From NCBI RefSeq assembly GCF_963921235.1, contig NC_086097.1, forward strand, positions 163,806,001 to 163,870,000: a DNA stretch of 64,000 nucleotides, read 5' to 3'. The position numbers were made by a program, and so were the translations under genes. Source of the stretch: Mobula hypostoma (taxonomy: Eukaryota). Below, piece by piece: positions 59,799-64,000 of this stretch; positions within the stretch are counted from its first letter, which is position 1, and each line of letters starts with the position of its first letter. Under the pieces are notes generated by a model that saw nothing but the letters and a program-made list of their open reading frames with translations, ran no database searches and was not told where the DNA came from.

Positions 59799-60325
59799 CA
59801 GTACTGTGCGAAAGTCTTGGGTACATAAAGTATATAAGCTAGGGTGCCGAAGACTTTTGCACATTACTGCAGTGATTTTATGTATTGCACTATGCTGCAA
59901 AATAAAATAAACTAATGTTATGATATGTGTGAGTAACCTGATTCTGATATGGGTCTCTGTTGTGGACTGAGAGTAGGAAGGGGGCAGGGAGAGGGAAAAG
60001 GAGAAGGAATAGGGGAGGGAGTAGGAAGCACCAGAGTGACATTCTGTTATGATCAATAAACTAATTGTTAGGAATCAAATACCTTGCCTGGTGTCAAAGG
60101 ACTGGGTTCGTCTGCGCCCGCACAACCCTCTGTTCCTGGTACTTCTCTGCTACCTGCCCCATACCCTTCCCATGGCACTCCACCATTGCCATTCCCAACG
60201 TCTTCTGCTCCCACCAGATTTACAAGCTCGCTGTCCACTCCACATTGACACATGCAGTACTATGCAAAAGTCCTGGGCACCATAGCGAAATACATATATG
60301 TGCCTAAGACTTTAGCACAGTACTG
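59799..60325. mobile_element. Composite non-autonomous element capped by two 71-bp Tc1-like hairpin MITEs (copy 2)
   Basis: 59799-59869 and 60255-60325 each read ~CAGTACTGTGCAAAAGTCTT(A/G)GGCAC-spacer-GTGCCTAAGACTTTTGCACAGTACTG; the right end is followed by TA. Confidence 0.8.
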
Positions 60326-60494
60326 TACATGTGTGCACAGGGTATAAATGCCAAGAACTGCTTTTTGTAGCAGCAAAGTACAATACAAGCATGATAAATA
60401 CAAATTAATATAAATTTAAGTTTACATAAAGTATACTTAACTTGCATATCAAAATAAACTTAATGCATTCAGGCATAACCAAAATAGAGAGAGA

Positions 60495-60836
60495 CAGCAT
60501 AGAAACAGGTCCGTCAGCTCACTGACTCCACCTTAAACATCAAGACCCATTTATACCAGTCCTACGTTAACCCCATATTTTGATTCACTTCATGTTTTTA
60601 GCAGCTCCTCCAAATTCTACTTGTCACCTATCCAGTCAAGGCAATTGACTGTGGCCAAAGAACCTTTCCATGCATGTCTTTGCAATGTGAGAGGAAACCG
60701 GAGAGCCTGGAGGAAAATCCTGCAGTCACAGAGAGAATGGGCAAACGCCATACATACAGCACACGAGGCCAGGATCGAACCCAGGTCTCTAGCGCTGTAA
60801 GGGAGTGGTTCTGCTACCTGTGGCACTGTGCTGCCC
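60495..60836 (-). mobile_element. HE1/V-SINE
   Basis: Reverse tRNA head (caggatcgaacccaggtc...ggcactgtgctgcc) and V-domain (gaggaaaccggagagcctggaggaaaatcc). Confidence 0.8.
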
Positions 60837-61934
60837 AAAATAAGTAATACTTTTTGTTATGCAGTCACTAAAATCAGCACCAGCCAACTGTCAGTCAGGA
60901 CATAAGACCAATTTCCTGCTAAAATAATACCGCAAAATCTGTTGCACCTAGCTGCATCTAGCAACAATTTTTGCATCTGAGACATTAAACAGCCCCTCTG
61001 TTCAATGTCTCACCCAAAAGGTAGCAATATCAGTACATTTGCAGAAAGTCTAGGAGAAATCTAGAGAGTGGGATAAACCAATAACTTTCCAACACAGGTA
61101 AACATGCTGCTATTGAGCCACAGCTGATGCTTGTAGTGAAGTTGTGAGGCAGTGCTTCCAATAGTAATCCGTCATTGTCATGTGGCCACACAGCATAGAT
61201 GTTGTATATACTCTTTGCCAGGATTTGAAAATCGATAGTTAATTTTTGGTAATATGATTCCAGGCTGTAATAGACAGGGAAATATTATTAAGTTTTGGAT
61301 TCAGCCATTTATCATTATGCCTCTAAAAATACACAGGAAAGATAAATATAAGAATGGTAGAGACATGCAATATGAATCATTTTAGGAAATTTTTCATTGT
61401 TCTTGATTTCATGACGGAGGCAAGATAACCTCAAGAATATGTGTAGAAACTTAACACAAACCACTCTAAACCTGCTGCAGTATAAATTATAAATACAAGG
61501 AGATTTGTTCTCTTAGATAGTTTACACTCTTACACTCTGCTGCTGACTAAACACATTATTCATTTGAGTCATATTATATCAGTCAAGTGCCATATTTGAT
61601 CAATTTTATGCCTATATTACTTCGCACCATGTCAAGATAACAATTAAAGTAAATAATTAAAGTATTATAGATGGAAATCCCAGTGCAAACTCAATGTTTG
61701 GTTAACGAAAAGACTGTGCCAAATGTTGATACCATTGAATTTAGTGGAACAGCACGAATGGCTCTTCTGGTAAATGCCCCATAATCAATTCTACTTACTA
61801 GCATTTATGTTAAGATCTTTTCTCTTTCTGAGGCAGAAGAAATTTTGTTTAAATATTTCACCCACCTTTTGCACTAAACATATGACTGCTGGTACCTGTC
61901 TCACCCAACCTCGGGGAAGTATCCCAATTGACTC

Positions 61935-62705
61935 TGTCAGTTTTTATTGATGCACCATAGAAAGCATTCTGTCTGGATGTATAATGGCTTCATAGAGCAA
62001 CTGCTCTGCACCTGACTGCAAGAAGCTGCAGGGAGTTGTGGACACAGTTCAGCACATCACAGAAACCAGCAGCCCTCTATGGACTCTGACTATACTTCTC
62101 GTTACCTCAGTAAAGCAGCCAGCTTGATCAAAGGCCCCACCCAGCCCAAAAATTCTCTATTCTCTTCACTCCCATCAGCCAGAAAAAGAGAACATGAAAG
62201 CATGTACCTTCAGGCTCAGGGACAACTTTTATCCCACTGTTCTCAGATTCTTGAATGGATCTTTTGTATGATAAGGTAGACTCTTGACCTCACAATCTGC
62301 CTCATTATGTGGAACGAGCTTCCAGCAGAAGTGGTTGAGGCAGGTTCTATGTTGTCGTTTAAAGTTAAATTGGATAGGTATATGGACAGGAAAGGAATGG
62401 AAGTTTATGGGCTGAGTGCAGGTTGGTGAGAATAGGATAGGGTAAGAGTTCAGCGCGGACTAGAAGGGCCGAGATGGCCTGTTTCTGTGCTGTAATTGTT
62501 ATATGATTATATATATATTATAATCTTGCACTTTATTGTTTACCTGCATTGCACTTTTTCGGTAGCTTTAACTCTGCTCTGCATTGTTATTGTATTATCT
62601 TACTCAAGCACAATGCACTGTGCAATGATGTGATCTGTATAAACAATATGTGAGACCAACGTTTCTCTGTATCTTGGTACATGAGCTATTAGCAAACCAA
62701 TATCA
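61935..62705 (+). mobile_element. Rex1/Babar 3' fragment with a CR1 3' end inserted at ~62309-62520
   Basis: IESILSGC-like (catagaaagcattctgtctggatgt) and LPSA; the CR1 insert ends gggccgagatggcctgtttctgtgctgta. Confidence 0.75.
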
Positions 62706-62715
62706 CAGTTTATCA

Positions 62716-62945
62716 TGCAGCACAGTGGCATAGTAGTCCGTGCATTGCTTTTTGTGATCAGAGATCGGAATTCGATTCTTGCTGCAGTCTGTAAGGAGTT
62801 TGTACATTCTCCCCATGACCACTTGGGTTTGTCTTGGGTGTTCAATTTCCTCTCACCTCCACTATTCCAAAGACGTACGGTAAGTGTTAGTGTGTTATGG
62901 GCGTGCTATGTTGGAGCCAAACTGTGGTGATACTTGCGAGCTGCC
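62716..62945 (+). mobile_element. V-SINE-like SINE
   Basis: tRNA-like head and gtctgtaaggagtttgtacattctccccatgacc V-domain. Confidence 0.7.
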
Positions 62946-64000
62946 CAGCTGATTTGATTTTACGCAAATGACACGTTTCACTGTATCTTTCAATGTTTCA
63001 ACGTACATGTGATAAATAAAGGTTATCTTTATCTCTCTTGAATATTAATATCAAATGCTCACATTTACTTACCCTATCTATATCCCTCATAATTTTGTAT
63101 ACTCTGCAAGATCTCCCCTCATTCACTTAAGCTCCAGGGAAATAGTTTTTTTCTCTTATTGACAATTTGTGTTGTTATTACTTTCACAAAATACCTGAGG
63201 GAATTTTTTATGGATAAGGTATTAAGAGTGTGGCTTTTGTACTAGGATTGGCCTGGTAGCCATCTGACCTGACCACTAGGGCAGACAAAGGTCTTCTTTA
63301 CTGTTTCCAAATGTCTCTTGGGATCAGAGACACCTAAAAAGAAAGGAAAAATATAGAGTATTAACAACCATATAAAGTATTTAAAAATTGATAAGAAGCC
63401 CTCAGTCACTGGTGCTACATAATTGAAGGGATTGTAGCAGTCACCAAAAACCCATCGTCATTTGTTTTATACTTCAGAAAGAATTGCATGTCAAAGACCT
63501 TGACTGGTTTATTCTGGAGTATTATCTTTGAAATGTCAAATCATCCCCTTTCACACAGACAGTCTGCAGATCAGGCAGTGAAACTCTTGAGTAGCTTAAA
63601 ATAATTCATGTATGGCTCTCAACCTACTGACATTGATCCCAGTCGCTGCAGGAGAAATAGCCCAATAGCCGCACAGTGATGGTTCTAAGTTGGGTTGGGA
63701 AAAATACATTAAATTTTATACATCTCACTTTTTGTTTTATTTTGAGCCTTCCATATGAGGAATAATTAAGTGGTTGGCTGGTTACACAAGTGCCCTTGTG
63801 AGTGTGAAATATAGCTCATCACTCCTGTACATCGACGACAGAGAGGACTGAATTTCTCCCTCAGGGGCAGTTACACTGTGGGTATGTGGACTATTTCAAA
63901 GCAGCAGAGCAAATTGAAATTTTCAGTTTAAAGTTTACAAAAATGTTAGTGTTTGGATGACAGATGCAGAATATTTTGCAGTTTTCTGGTGAGTGAGACA

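Noticed and set aside
8861..64000. Further PTPRM exons
   Set aside because: No ORF fragment resembling the next FN3 repeats or the MAM/Ig domains was found, consistent with a very long intron; very small exons could have been missed.

Overview
This is eukaryotic, repeat-dense DNA from a cartilaginous fish, probably a ray; that assignment is inferred from the HE1/V-SINE, Deu-SINE, CR1, Rex1/Babar and Penelope repeat mix. The only host coding sequence I can support is one 294-bp, phase 1-1 exon at 8567-8860 (+). It encodes the first fibronectin type-III domain of a type IIB receptor tyrosine phosphatase, best matching PTPRM, so the rest of the window is read as intron. The introns hold a decayed Gypsy LTR element, a near-intact CR1 with an SGNH-esterase ORF1, many Rex1/Babar and CR1 fragments, a Tx1 fragment, several Penelope-like elements (PLEs), a deleted Tigger/pogo element, hAT and Tc1-type MITEs, and two multi-level nested insertion stacks with readable target-site duplications (TSDs). 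The most notable observations are: (1) intact minimal hammerhead-ribozyme motifs at PLE 3' ends, plus body-less ribozyme-tail and hairpin copies; (2) a composite non-autonomous element capped by two 71-bp Tc1-like hairpin mini-elements, with a collapsed end in a second copy; (3) an old ~410-450-bp direct repeat bracketing the PTPRM exon. All calls were made by eye without database searches, and boundaries of old repeats are approximate.
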